The notes under the pieces: model-generated | What the model saw: only the letters and a program-made list of their open reading frames with translations | Databases searched by the model: none | What the model was told of the DNA's origin: nothing | Source: Thermoplasmatota archaeon | GTDB lineage: Archaea; Thermoplasmatota; Poseidoniia; Poseidoniales; Thalassarchaeaceae | Length of the DNA stretch: 64,000 bases | Assembly: GCA_036251765.1 (NCBI GenBank) | Contig: JAZANL010000025.1 | Span: 667 to 64,666, forward strand | Direction of reading: 5' to 3' | Shown: one piece after another, positions 38,308-48,083 of the stretch | Position numbering within the stretch: the stretch's first letter is position 1 | Layout: each line of letters opens with the position of its first letter | Translations under genes and position numbers: made by a program

Positions 38308-39069
38308 ATGCCCCGCATAGCGGTGATTTGTGGCACTGGGATGAGCGCATTCTCGACCACTCTGGGAGAATCGACATCTTCTTCTCGTAGCTCAATGATA
38401 GCAGAGTCTATGTGGGGCGAAGTACCAGTTTCCGTGGTTAAACTAGACCTCGGCCATGTTTTCGTCATAGATCGGCATCACTCAGAAGGCGAATCAAGAA
38501 CCCCGCCTCATGCAATCGAGCACCGTGCGATCGTGAAAGCAGCCACTAGTTGCTCACCAGATCTAATCGTTAGCGTGAACTCGGTTGGTTCGATGACAGA
38601 ATCCATGCCTCCGGGTACAGTTGGAATTGCAAGTGGAATACTAGACCTTTCCATCAAGCCATGGACATTTCACGATGATGATGCGACTCACGCTGATCGG
38701 ACTCGACCATTCGATCAAAGGTACATCTCGGTTTGCGAGGCAACCCTCATGGAGAGACAGGGCACCTCACCGACGGGGTTGATTGTGGCACAGTGCGTAG
38801 GGCCACAGTTCGAGAGCATATCCGAGATCGATGCACTAGAGACGCTAGGGGCACATCTAGTCGGGATGACCCTTGGTCCAGAGCAGAGGCTAATATCAGA
38901 GACAGGAATCCCCCATGTCTCGTTGCCATGCTCTTCGAACTGGGCCGCAGGAAGGACACCAGGGGAACCCGATGCAGAAATCAATCACGAGGAGGTCGAC
39001 GAGATGGCATCTCAGATGCGAGAATTGGTTTCATCGTGCATTCTGGCGCTTCTTGAAGACATCAATTAG
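38308..39069 (+). CDS. Purine-nucleoside / 5'-methylthioadenosine phosphorylase family protein (divergent)
   Basis: 253 aa. 'IAVICGTGMS' glycine-rich N-terminus and 'LVGMTLGPEQRLISETGI' resemble PNP/MTAP family II blocks. Confidence 0.55.
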   Translation: MPRIAVICGTGMSAFSTTLGESTSSSRSSMIAESMWGEVPVSVVKLDLGHVFVIDRHHSEGESRTPPHAIEHRAIVKAATSCSPDLIVSVNSVGSMTESMPPGTVGIASGILDLSIKPWTFHDDDATHADRTRPFDQRYISVCEATLMERQGTSPTGLIVAQCVGPQFESISEIDALETLGAHLVGMTLGPEQRLISETGIPHVSLPCSSNWAAGRTPGEPDAEINHEEVDEMASQMRELVSSCILALLEDIN

Positions 39070-39108
39070 TGCAACTACCTTGATGGAGCCCCCCTCACCT
39101 GTATTGCC

Positions 39109-39495
39109 ATGGTGGAAAGGCTGAGTGTAGATGATTGGTTGCAGGTGGAGCACGGTGAGGAGTCCGATGGATCTTGGTCGACAATGATGGCCAGAGTCGC
39201 AAAGTTCCACCATAAGCACAAGTTCGAAGACGACCAGAACCATGGACATGACATGGGATTCCGGATTGCCCTCACTGTGGAGGAGCTCGGAGAACTCTCT
39301 GCTGCGATAACTAAGGGAAAGCCAGACGAGGAGGCGGCTGAGGAACTGGCCGATCTTCTGATACTGATTCTAGGGCATTCTCTCGCAATGAAAGTAGACC
39401 TAGAGGCGGAATTCCACAAGAAGATGGACAAGGTCATGACTAGGAAGGCTCGAACAGGGAAGCTCGGAATCAGAGTCACAGAGTACACTGATTAG
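39109..39495 (+). CDS. MazG-like nucleotide pyrophosphohydrolase (small all-alpha NTP-PPase)
   Basis: 'VEELGELSAAI' and 'EELADLLILIL' EExxE motifs. Confidence 0.6.
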   Translation: MVERLSVDDWLQVEHGEESDGSWSTMMARVAKFHHKHKFEDDQNHGHDMGFRIALTVEELGELSAAITKGKPDEEAAEELADLLILILGHSLAMKVDLEAEFHKKMDKVMTRKARTGKLGIRVTEYTD

Positions 39496-39680
39496 TGGAA
39501 TTAGCAAGAATTAGTGTGCCTATCAACACCCATTTTAGTAGAAATTACTAGGTGTAGATAGGTACACCGGCTTTTCTGAAAAAGTGCGTTTTTAGCCGTT
39601 TTTCGCAGGTTTAGTACCTTCGCTATTATATACTCCAGAGAAACGAGACGAAGTCACTCGTTATACGAGGAGATGAAAAA

Positions 39681-40301
39681 ATGAACGTAGATATGAATGC
39701 AATGAAAGCAGAACTAGGTGGCGCCTTTGTGCTGTCGTGGATGGTGTTTGGAATGGGTCTGGGCACGTTGGAGGGAGCAGTCGCTCTCGCTGTCGTGTGG
39801 ATGGCCTTTTCCGGCGCTCACGTGCTTCCCGTTGTTACCTGGAGTCACATGATGACAGGGGACATGGGCGACACAGAAGGCAACTGGATGCCCAATGGGA
39901 TGCGCTTAGTGGCGCAGGCCCTAGGTGCGATGCTAGCCCTAATGATGGTTACCAAATTTGGTGATCATGAGACTGGGTGGTCGGCAACTGACATGTGGAT
40001 AGCTGACCTGGACGGAGACGCAGTATTGGGAGCAGCGCTTGGTGATACTGGAATTATCGGTATGATAGCAGCAGGTGCAATTTGGTGGCAGATCCACACC
40101 AGGTGCGACAGCGTTTGGGCTAGCGCCTTCGGAATGATGGTTCTCGGCGGGGCGATGACCCTTACCGGGGCCCACGAGATGGGAGCATCATTGGCCAGCT
40201 TCGGTGACGGCATTGTCGACACACTGGTAAACTGGATCTTTGATGGTCTGTTCGTAGGCCTAGGTGCCTTTATTGGCGTAAAGATCGATCAAAGTCTTTG
40301 A
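39681..40301 (+). CDS. MIP/aquaporin-like membrane protein with degenerate NPA boxes
   Basis: 206 aa. 'SGAHVLPVVTW' aligns to the MIP 'SGAHxNPAVT' box but NPA is LPV. The second half is Gly/Ala-rich TM. Confidence 0.45.
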   Translation: MNVDMNAMKAELGGAFVLSWMVFGMGLGTLEGAVALAVVWMAFSGAHVLPVVTWSHMMTGDMGDTEGNWMPNGMRLVAQALGAMLALMMVTKFGDHETGWSATDMWIADLDGDAVLGAALGDTGIIGMIAAGAIWWQIHTRCDSVWASAFGMMVLGGAMTLTGAHEMGASLASFGDGIVDTLVNWIFDGLFVGLGAFIGVKIDQSL

Positions 40302-40335
40302 TGTCATAGTGTATCAACACAAAAACACACGAAAG

Positions 40336-40364
40336 CAGGTCGGGGGGAAAATCTCCCCGGCCTG
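40336..40364. terminator. Strong 13-bp hairpin (3-nt loop) between convergent genes; candidate bidirectional terminator
   Basis: CAGGTCGGGGGGA-AAA-TCTCCCCGGCCTG (two G.U pairs). Lies between the stop of the MIP-like gene (+) and the stop of tsr3 (-). No long T-run. Confidence 0.35.
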
Positions 40365-40394
40365 TACACGAAATACCGCCTAGTGACTACTCGC

Positions 40395-40946
40395 TCAACT
40401 ATTGAAGAAATCATTTTCGATTTCAGTAATTTCCTCTCTGGAATAGGCATTACCGTATGCTTCCAGAGGTTTCCTGTTCAGATCCATGAACTGTTCCCCG
40501 AATTCGAATGGCTGTAGAATTCTAGTAGCCTGTTCCTGATAGCCTAGTATGGCCAGAGTAGCTGCCAATGCCTCCACAGAAGACAACCTACCTACCCTTC
40601 CCCAGGAAACGGGGTTTGCAGCTAGCAGTGCTGGCAATTTCCTCCCTACTAGTTTTGTTTTTCCAGATATTTCCTCCAATGACTCATCGATCCTCTTCCA
40701 TGAGCAGTCTAGAACTACAATAGAAGCACCTATCGAGATGAGGGTGCGATCTTCGGGTGCGAGTGTTGTTGGTGATTTCGGATCTAGGAGATACCCCCTC
40801 CTAGGTGCTCTTGATATCGATTCGTGGAATTCTACTAGACCATTGGCATGCATCTTCCTAGCAGTACACTTCCGTGGATCATCCTGATCGAGATGAATCA
40901 CATGGAGGGGGACCTCTTCCACGAAACTATCTCCTCGATCTAGCAC
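40395..40946 (-). CDS. tsr3: 16S rRNA aminocarboxypropyltransferase Tsr3 (DUF367)
   Basis: 'DQDDPRKCTARKM' matches the conserved DPKKCT block of Tsr3. Confidence 0.75.
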   Translation of the reverse strand: MLDRGDSFVEEVPLHVIHLDQDDPRKCTARKMHANGLVEFHESISRAPRRGYLLDPKSPTTLAPEDRTLISIGASIVVLDCSWKRIDESLEEISGKTKLVGRKLPALLAANPVSWGRVGRLSSVEALAATLAILGYQEQATRILQPFEFGEQFMDLNRKPLEAYGNAYSREEITEIENDFFNS

Positions 40947-41574
40947 CAGACCGGGAGACTCCTATCCTTCTCCCTTTCTTCTTCTTACTCTTCTTCTTGG
41001 GTTCGGACTCGGGTGAATTATTCGCATCCGAGATGGTCATCTGCCTATCATTATCCGAAGCTACGATTGTATGGGCATGTGAAACTGACTCCACGAATAG
41101 CTTGATGTCTAACGCCTTCGCGAATTTGTTCAGGAGGGAGTCAGTCGGCCTAATGCCATTCTCGGTCTTCTGAATGGTGGCAATCTTTTCGTTCATCCGT
41201 TTGGCAAGCTCTTCCTGTGAGAGCCCTCTATGCTTCCTAGCATTCCTAATTCGCGAATGGAAGTCATTTGCTAGTTCAACCTCATCCTTAGTCATGATAT
41301 CTACTCCAGAGATCCCTTTCCCTGAGACTGAGCTTTGATTCTCAGTTGGGGGCAGATGTGCCGGAGTCCTCACCGCTTCGACAATTAGTCCCATGGATTG
41401 GATGCACCTATTGCAGCACTCGAGCATCGAATTATTTCCAACGGGTTTCGAAATCTTCGCCCTCTTTGTGCTAATTCCCTCAGCCCCACAGAGCTCGCAT
41501 GCACCCATGCATTGCCGTCTCGATTGAACATCATAGTCCTTCGCAGGAGTCATAAGTATCCGTTTAGTGTGCAC
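40927..41574 (-). CDS. mbf1: Archaeal multiprotein bridging factor 1 homologue (zinc ribbon + HTH_XRE) with basic C-terminal tail
   Basis: 'CELCG...CCNRC' zinc ribbon. 'LSQEELAKRMNEKIATIQKTENG' HTH. C-terminal 'KKKSKKKKGRRIGVSRSGARSRR'. The true start is probably the internal Met (~41508 or 41553). Confidence 0.65.
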   Translation of the reverse strand: MHTKRILMTPAKDYDVQSRRQCMGACELCGAEGISTKRAKISKPVGNNSMLECCNRCIQSMGLIVEAVRTPAHLPPTENQSSVSGKGISGVDIMTKDEVELANDFHSRIRNARKHRGLSQEELAKRMNEKIATIQKTENGIRPTDSLLNKFAKALDIKLFVESVSHAHTIVASDNDRQMTISDANNSPESEPKKKSKKKKGRRIGVSRSGARSRR

Positions 41575-41577
41575 TAC

Positions 41578-42810
41578 ATGGCATCAGAGGCGAATGAGAA
41601 ACCAACTGGTAACGATCCCCTCGAAAACACAAACTCCCACAAAGACGCTCTAGACCGTCTTTCCAAGGACTACCGCGAGCTCTCCGACAAGGCTCAGCAG
41701 TTATTGACAGAGAAGCTATTCCTGGAGAACGAGCTAACACAACTCAAGAAACGCTCGAATAGGCTCGAGGAAGAGATAAGCAACATTCGAACTCCTCCGT
41801 TAATCATCGGTTACATACAGGACATGGTCAACGAACAGGCGGTTGTCAGGAGTTCCAATGGCACGGTATTTCTAGTGTCAATAAATCGCCGTTTGGATAG
41901 TAAAAAAATCAAACCAGGCACCAGGGTGGCCCTAAATCAGGACACTCTATCCGTAGTGGAGATTCTCTCCGATTCTTGGGATCCGTTAGTTAGCAATGCA
42001 GAGATCATCGACACCCCGGACGTGGACTATTCATCAATAGGAGGCCTTGATAAGCAAATTAAGGAGCTAAAGGAGGCAATAGAGCTCCCTTTCGAAAATC
42101 CTTCAGCATTCTCTGACTTCGGGATAGATCCACCAAAGGGAGTCCTCCTTACCGGGCCCCCGGGAACTGGTAAGACAATGCTCGCCAAGGCAGTTGCAAA
42201 CTCTACCAATGCTGCATTCCTGGGATTGGTCGGTGCAGAACTAGCTCAGAAGTACATCGGCGAGGGGGGAAGAATGGTCAGAGAGCTTTTCGAAATGGCG
42301 AGACAGAAGTCCCCATCGATTATCTTCATCGATGAAATAGACTCCATAGGTTCGAAGCGTCTCGACGTCGCTACATCCGGTGACCGTGAGGTTCAGAGGA
42401 CCTTGATGCAACTCCTTTCTGAGCTTGACGGTTTCGAGAGTCTGGATAATGTCAAGGTTATCGCCGCAACCAATCGCCCTGAACTGCTCGATGCTGCTCT
42501 TCTTCGACCTGGTAGATTTGACAGAATAATCGAGATACCTATTCCAGATCTGGAAGCTAGGGAGGCCATCTACTCTGTACACACCAGTTCCATGCCAATG
42601 GCCAAGGGTTTGGATAACAGAACATTGGCTTCAATGTCAGATGGTTTCAGTGGAGCCGAAATCAAGTCTGCTGTTGTTGAAGCCGGAATATCAGCAATAT
42701 CTAGCGGGCGCAAGTCTGTGAATAAGTCCGACTTCATAGGGGCGATAAAGAAGGTCGAGGACAACAGGAAAGGCCCCACAGAAACCAACTCTGAGGGGAT
42801 ATACGGATAA
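41578..42810 (+). CDS. pan: Proteasome-activating nucleotidase PAN (AAA+ ATPase)
   Basis: N-terminal coiled coil, OB domain, Walker A 'GPPGTGKT', Walker B 'IIFIDEID'. Start set to the internal Met 'MASEANE'. Confidence 0.9.
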   Translation: MASEANEKPTGNDPLENTNSHKDALDRLSKDYRELSDKAQQLLTEKLFLENELTQLKKRSNRLEEEISNIRTPPLIIGYIQDMVNEQAVVRSSNGTVFLVSINRRLDSKKIKPGTRVALNQDTLSVVEILSDSWDPLVSNAEIIDTPDVDYSSIGGLDKQIKELKEAIELPFENPSAFSDFGIDPPKGVLLTGPPGTGKTMLAKAVANSTNAAFLGLVGAELAQKYIGEGGRMVRELFEMARQKSPSIIFIDEIDSIGSKRLDVATSGDREVQRTLMQLLSELDGFESLDNVKVIAATNRPELLDAALLRPGRFDRIIEIPIPDLEAREAIYSVHTSSMPMAKGLDNRTLASMSDGFSGAEIKSAVVEAGISAISSGRKSVNKSDFIGAIKKVEDNRKGPTETNSEGIYG

Positions 42811-42846
42811 GCAAAATATCTTGACGAGCAGTGACTTCGAACGTCC

Positions 42847-43884
42847 ATGCAGGGAACCCTGGTCGAGTGCGTCCCAAATTTTAGCGAAGGAAGGGACAAG
42901 AACGTAATTGATCAAATCACTAGCCCGATTATTGAGGCATCGGGGGTCTCTCTGCTCGATGTCGACATGGGTCACGATTTCAACAGGACAGTCGTGACGA
43001 TGGTGGGTGAGCCGGAGAGGGTATTGGACACGGTAATCCAGTGTACAAGGGTAGCAACACGACTGATCGATATGAGAGAGCACTCGGGTGAGCATGCAAG
43101 GATGGGCGCAGTAGACGTGGTCCCTTTCATACCAATACGAGGAATTTCCATGGAAGATTGCGTAAAACTTTCTGAAAGATACGCTCAAGCAGTCTCGGAA
43201 GAGCTTGATTTACCAGTCTACCTATATGCCAAAGCAGCAAGAACACCACAACGGCATAGGCTTCCCGATATTCGTAGGGGCCAGTACGAGGGAATGGCCG
43301 AGAAGGTAACTTCTCCAGAATGGGAACCGGACTTTGGACCAGCCGTATTCAAGCCGAAGATGGGGGTAACTGCAACTGGGGCAAGACCCATACTAATTGC
43401 CTATAACGTAAACCTGGATACTGATGATAAAACATTGGCAAACTCGATTGCTTCCAAGATAAGGACAAGTGGATCACTCGTTAAGGACGAGAACGGCGAG
43501 AAGGTCATCGGAGACGACGGCAAGCCGCTCAGAAATCCAGGAATGTTCGAGTCATTACAGGCTGCTGGATGGATGTATGACCCTTCTACTGCACAGGTAT
43601 CGATGAACCTTCTTGATTACGAAGTTACAGGCCTTCATGATGTTACAGAAGCAATACGACTCGAGGCGGAAAAGATTGGACTAAACGTTACTGCTGGGGA
43701 GTTGGTCGGGCTAGTTCCATTGAGCGCCATGAAATCTGCTGGGAATTATTACAATGATGGCAGCGTCAATAATGATGAAAAATCAATCGTCGAAAGGGCG
43801 ATTTCAGGACTCATGCTGGACAGGCTTAGAGATTTTGACCCGCAATCATGCATTATTGAATGGGCAATTGAAAGGGGGACCTGA
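42847..43884 (+). CDS. Glutamate formiminotransferase (FtcD N-terminal-type)
   Basis: 'LVECVPNFSEGRD' formiminotransferase N-terminal signature. ~345 aa. Confidence 0.8.
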   Translation: MQGTLVECVPNFSEGRDKNVIDQITSPIIEASGVSLLDVDMGHDFNRTVVTMVGEPERVLDTVIQCTRVATRLIDMREHSGEHARMGAVDVVPFIPIRGISMEDCVKLSERYAQAVSEELDLPVYLYAKAARTPQRHRLPDIRRGQYEGMAEKVTSPEWEPDFGPAVFKPKMGVTATGARPILIAYNVNLDTDDKTLANSIASKIRTSGSLVKDENGEKVIGDDGKPLRNPGMFESLQAAGWMYDPSTAQVSMNLLDYEVTGLHDVTEAIRLEAEKIGLNVTAGELVGLVPLSAMKSAGNYYNDGSVNNDEKSIVERAISGLMLDRLRDFDPQSCIIEWAIERGT

Positions 43885-43887
43885 AAA

Positions 43888-44508
43888 TTGAATGAAGGGT
43901 ACAAAGAGGTTCTTCGCTCGATCGCCTCGTCTGAACCTACACCGGGGGGTGGTTCAGTTGCCGCCCTTGCTCTGGCGCACGCGCACTCTCTTGCAATGAT
44001 GGTGGCAAGGCTAACTGAGGGCAAGAAGAAGTGGGCAGATGGCCATGAAACAGCTCAATCTGTCATTTCTGAATCACAAGCTGGTCTAGCAGAATCGCTT
44101 CGCCTAGCTGAGATTGATGCGGGGGCATTTGAGTCAGTAATGTCTGCCTATCGCCTTCCCAGGGAGACCGAGGAAGAAAAGGAAATCAGAAAGAAATCGA
44201 TTCGTGATGCGACCATAGGAGCTGCCGAGGCCCCACTTGCTACGGCTTCCTCTGCAAGGAGGCTTTTGTCTAGCCTGGAAAGGCTATGTGAATCATGCAA
44301 TGAAAATGCTCTAACCGATCTAGCATCATCATCAGAACTTTGCCTTTCTGCAGTAAAAATCGCTGCAATGAACGTACGGATAAATCTCGATTTTATCGAT
44401 GGAGATGACGTTGACAGACTTTCATCTCAAATAGATAAAGTCGTTCAACAATCAACTACTTCTGCGGAGGCAATTGCCTTGAAGGTTAACGAAAGGTTGG
44501 GTTGGTGA
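43888..44508 (+). CDS. Formiminotetrahydrofolate cyclodeaminase (FtcD C-terminal-type, stand-alone)
   Basis: 'SEPTPGGGSVAALALAHAHSLAMMV' cyclodeaminase motif. 3-nt gap after the transferase gene. Confidence 0.7.
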   Translation: MNEGYKEVLRSIASSEPTPGGGSVAALALAHAHSLAMMVARLTEGKKKWADGHETAQSVISESQAGLAESLRLAEIDAGAFESVMSAYRLPRETEEEKEIRKKSIRDATIGAAEAPLATASSARRLLSSLERLCESCNENALTDLASSSELCLSAVKIAAMNVRINLDFIDGDDVDRLSSQIDKVVQQSTTSAEAIALKVNERLGW

Positions 44509-46520
44509 TGGATTACGCAGATTTTACCTATGGCATCCCAAACGAACTTCCACCTTTCAGAGAAATTGATGATTCTGTCCCCCATGCACCAAAAAGGCCT
44601 CAAGTACTAGACGAAAAGGAGAGGAGACTGGCAATAGAAAACTCTCTGAGATACTTCCCTAAAGACTGGCATCACATTCTGGGACCTGAGTTTCTTGAAG
44701 AGCTAGAAAGATTAGGCCACATATACATGCACAGATTTAGGCCAAATTACGACATGTTAGCAAGACCGATTTCGCAATATAGATGCAATAGTAAGAAGGC
44801 TGCTTCTATAATGCTAATGATCCAGAATAATCTGGATCCAAAAGTTGCCCAGTACCCACATGAATTAATCACATATGGTGGAAATGGAGGCGTTTTTCAG
44901 AATTGGGCACAGTACCTGATTACTATGGGTTATCTTAGTAAAATGAATGAAGATCAGACTCTAGTCATGTATTCTGGCCATCCGCTAGGCCTATTCCCTT
45001 CCAGCAATGATTCACCGATGGTAGTTGTCACAAACGGGATGGTTATTCCAAACTACTCGTCCCAGAACGATTACGAGAGAATGAGTGCATTGGGTGTCTC
45101 CCAGTACGGCCAGATGACTGCAGGCTCTTACATGTATATTGGGCCCCAAGGAATCGTCCACGGGACTACGATAACCATATTGAATGCTGCAAGGAAGTAC
45201 CTAGGCAAAACATCAGATCAGGATCTGGGCGGGGTCTTGTACGTTACTTCAGGTCTAGGGGGGATGTCTGGTGCTCAGGCGAAGGCTGCAGTGATTGCAG
45301 GTGCGGTTTGCGTAATTGCCGAGATTGATCCAATACCAGCACACAAGCGGCACTCACAGGGCTGGCTATCTGAGTTATACGAGGACTTGGAGGATCTAAG
45401 CACTCGAGTCGAGCAGGCCATCTCGATGAAAGAAGCCGTCTCACTGGGATATTTGGGCAACATAGTAGATTTGCTGGAGCATCTAGTGGAAAAGGGCATA
45501 ACTCCAGAGTTAGCTAGCGATCAAACCAGCCTCCACAATCCTTGGTTGGGTGGATACATGCCTGCCGGCCTATCCTTCGAAGATGGTTTGAGTATGATAG
45601 AGAATGACCCAGAAGAATTCAAGAAACACGTCCAGGAGTCACTTAGGAGGCAGGTATCTGCAATAAACACCCTAACTGACAGGGGTACGCGTTTTTGGGA
45701 CTATGGAAACGCCTTCCTTCTCGAGTCTAGACGTGCCGGAGCCGATGTCACAACAGCTGATGGCTCATTCAGATACCCGTCCTATGTAGAGGATATAATG
45801 GGGCCAATGTGCTTCGACTATGGTTTCGGGCCATTCAGGTGGGTTTGTACTTCGGGAAGCGATGCTGATCTGCAAACTACCGACAAGATAGCAATGCAAG
45901 TTCTGCAAAGACTCTCTTCAGAATGTTCCGAAGACATTAGAACACAGTACCTAGATAACATCAAATGGATCAAAGAAGCAGAAAATCATGAGCTCGTAGT
46001 GGGCAGCAAAGCACGAATTTTGTATGCTGATGAAGTGGGTAGGAGAACCATTGCTAGTGAATTCAACAATGCTATTTCCAATGGTTTGGTATCCGCGCCA
46101 ATAGTATTAGGCAGGGATCACCATGATGTGGGAGGTACTGATAGCCCCTTCAGAGAAACTGCCAACATTTACGATGGCTCAATGTTCACTGCAGATATGG
46201 CCGTGCATAATTTCGTTGGGGACTCTTTCAGAGGGGCAACTTGGATCAGCCTACACAATGGAGGCGGAGTTGGCTGGGGAGAGGTTGTTAACGGCGGTTT
46301 TGGAATGGTTATCGATGGTTCAGAAACAGCTCAGATCAATATCGATTCAATGATCTCTTGGGATGTCAATAATGGTATTGCAAGAAGGTCTTGGGCCAGG
46401 AATGCCGGTGCCATATCAGCAATTAATCGAGCCATGGATTCAGACAGTAGGCTAGAGGTCACCATCCCTGAGATAGTTGATGAAAACATGTTGGACAACA
46501 TGTTCGATGACTCTATTTGA
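44502..46520 (+). CDS. hutU: Urocanate hydratase (long form)
   Basis: 672 aa. Urocanase blocks 'ITYGGNGGVFQNW', NAD-binding 'GGMSGAQ'. Confidence 0.9.
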   Translation: MVMDYADFTYGIPNELPPFREIDDSVPHAPKRPQVLDEKERRLAIENSLRYFPKDWHHILGPEFLEELERLGHIYMHRFRPNYDMLARPISQYRCNSKKAASIMLMIQNNLDPKVAQYPHELITYGGNGGVFQNWAQYLITMGYLSKMNEDQTLVMYSGHPLGLFPSSNDSPMVVVTNGMVIPNYSSQNDYERMSALGVSQYGQMTAGSYMYIGPQGIVHGTTITILNAARKYLGKTSDQDLGGVLYVTSGLGGMSGAQAKAAVIAGAVCVIAEIDPIPAHKRHSQGWLSELYEDLEDLSTRVEQAISMKEAVSLGYLGNIVDLLEHLVEKGITPELASDQTSLHNPWLGGYMPAGLSFEDGLSMIENDPEEFKKHVQESLRRQVSAINTLTDRGTRFWDYGNAFLLESRRAGADVTTADGSFRYPSYVEDIMGPMCFDYGFGPFRWVCTSGSDADLQTTDKIAMQVLQRLSSECSEDIRTQYLDNIKWIKEAENHELVVGSKARILYADEVGRRTIASEFNNAISNGLVSAPIVLGRDHHDVGGTDSPFRETANIYDGSMFTADMAVHNFVGDSFRGATWISLHNGGGVGWGEVVNGGFGMVIDGSETAQINIDSMISWDVNNGIARRSWARNAGAISAINRAMDSDSRLEVTIPEIVDENMLDNMFDDSI

Positions 46521-46540
46521 CCGAATAGCCTCGCAGTCAT

Positions 46541-48067
46541 ATGGCACATATTGCTATTGACGGTAATTCTCTTACACTTGAGTCAGCATTAGCAATAGCA
46601 AAAGGTACTGCAACAGCCTTTCTGCCTGCATCATCTAGGGAAAAGATGCAAGATTCTCGTGATGCGGTAGAAGATGTATTGGAGTCAAAGAATGTCGTGT
46701 ACGGAATAAATACAGGCTTTGGAGCACTATCATCTGTAGTGATAGAAAATGAACAACTCGAGACACTGCAGGAGAACCTCGTGAGAAGTCATGCTTGTGG
46801 GATAGGAGAGCGGATGGAGCCAGAAACCGTCCTCCTAATGATGGTTTTTCGAGCAAATTCGCTCGCCAGAGGAGTCTCCGGGTCAAGGCCCGATATCGTC
46901 GAACTAATCCTCTCCATGGTTAACTCGAGAATCGCACCAGTAGTCCCTAGGATTGGTTCTTTAGGGGCATCAGGAGATCTCGCACCACTTTCTCATATGA
47001 CACTAGGCATGATGGGCGAAGGCCAAAGCCATAGATTCGTGGCAGGCCAATGGGAGCTCGCCGATTCAGGAGTTGCATTATCCGATGCAGGATTGAGCCC
47101 AATCAAGTTACAGGCTAAGGAAGGACTCTCTCTGATTAATGGAACTAGCCAAATGTGTGCCTACCTGACATGCACGGTCATCAACATGGAAACACTATGC
47201 TTAGCAGCCGATGCATCAATAGCTTGCTCACTGGAGGCGATCAAAGGATCTCACAAGCCTTTCGACCGTAGGATCCACGACTCTAGGCCACATTTGGGAC
47301 AGTCTATTTCAGCTGCTAGAATCTCCGAACTCGTCTCCAACTCAGAAATTATGCTTTCACATATCGATTGTGATCGTGTACAGGATGCCTACTGCTTCCG
47401 ATGCTCCCCCCAGGTTCATGGTCCCGTAATAGACATGATACGGGAAGTTCGAAGAATCCTCGAGATTGAGATTAACAGTGCCACCGATAACCCATTGGTA
47501 TTTGTCGATGATGATGGTAGTGCAGATATTATCAGTGGAGGTAATTTTCATGGTCAGAACCTCTCATTAGCCAGTGATTCAATTGCAATAGCGTGCCACG
47601 AATTAGCAAGTATTTCTGAACGCAGGATTAACCAGTTGCTAGATCCGAACTGGAGTGGTCAGCATGCATTCTTAGCAAAAAACGAGGGGTTAGAGAGCGG
47701 TTTGATGATTGTGCAGTATGTCGCTGCTGCAGTAATAGCCGAGCTTCATTTGCTAGCCAACCCAGTTTCAACAAGCAACGTCCCTGTGAGCATGGGCAAG
47801 GAAGACCATGTTTCCATGGGTGCTACTGGAGCATATAGGGCGCTCCAATCATCAATCCTTCTATCTCAGGTACTAGCAAATGAGCTAGTCTGCTCTACAG
47901 AAGCTCTCGACGGCGTCTCAGAGTCACCAGGGACAGGAGTAGCCAAAGTTGCCGAGTGGGTCCGGAAGCATGTGAGCAAGCTAAATGGCGATCGCTCACT
48001 TACAACAGAATGTGAGGCCCTGTCCACAGCCATTCTCGATGGTGGTTTAACTAGTATTTTCGGGTGA
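46541..48067 (+). CDS. hutH: Histidine ammonia-lyase
   Basis: 'GSLGASGDLAPLSHM' (MIO-forming ASG triad context). 508 aa. Confidence 0.9.
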   Translation: MAHIAIDGNSLTLESALAIAKGTATAFLPASSREKMQDSRDAVEDVLESKNVVYGINTGFGALSSVVIENEQLETLQENLVRSHACGIGERMEPETVLLMMVFRANSLARGVSGSRPDIVELILSMVNSRIAPVVPRIGSLGASGDLAPLSHMTLGMMGEGQSHRFVAGQWELADSGVALSDAGLSPIKLQAKEGLSLINGTSQMCAYLTCTVINMETLCLAADASIACSLEAIKGSHKPFDRRIHDSRPHLGQSISAARISELVSNSEIMLSHIDCDRVQDAYCFRCSPQVHGPVIDMIREVRRILEIEINSATDNPLVFVDDDGSADIISGGNFHGQNLSLASDSIAIACHELASISERRINQLLDPNWSGQHAFLAKNEGLESGLMIVQYVAAAVIAELHLLANPVSTSNVPVSMGKEDHVSMGATGAYRALQSSILLSQVLANELVCSTEALDGVSESPGTGVAKVAEWVRKHVSKLNGDRSLTTECEALSTAILDGGLTSIFG

Positions 48068-48083
48068 TATCATTCAAGAAAAA

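Noticed and set aside
41398-41577. N-terminal 60 aa of the long PAN ORF
   Set aside because: Overlaps the divergently transcribed mbf1 coding region. The conserved PAN N-terminus starts at the internal Met (41578).
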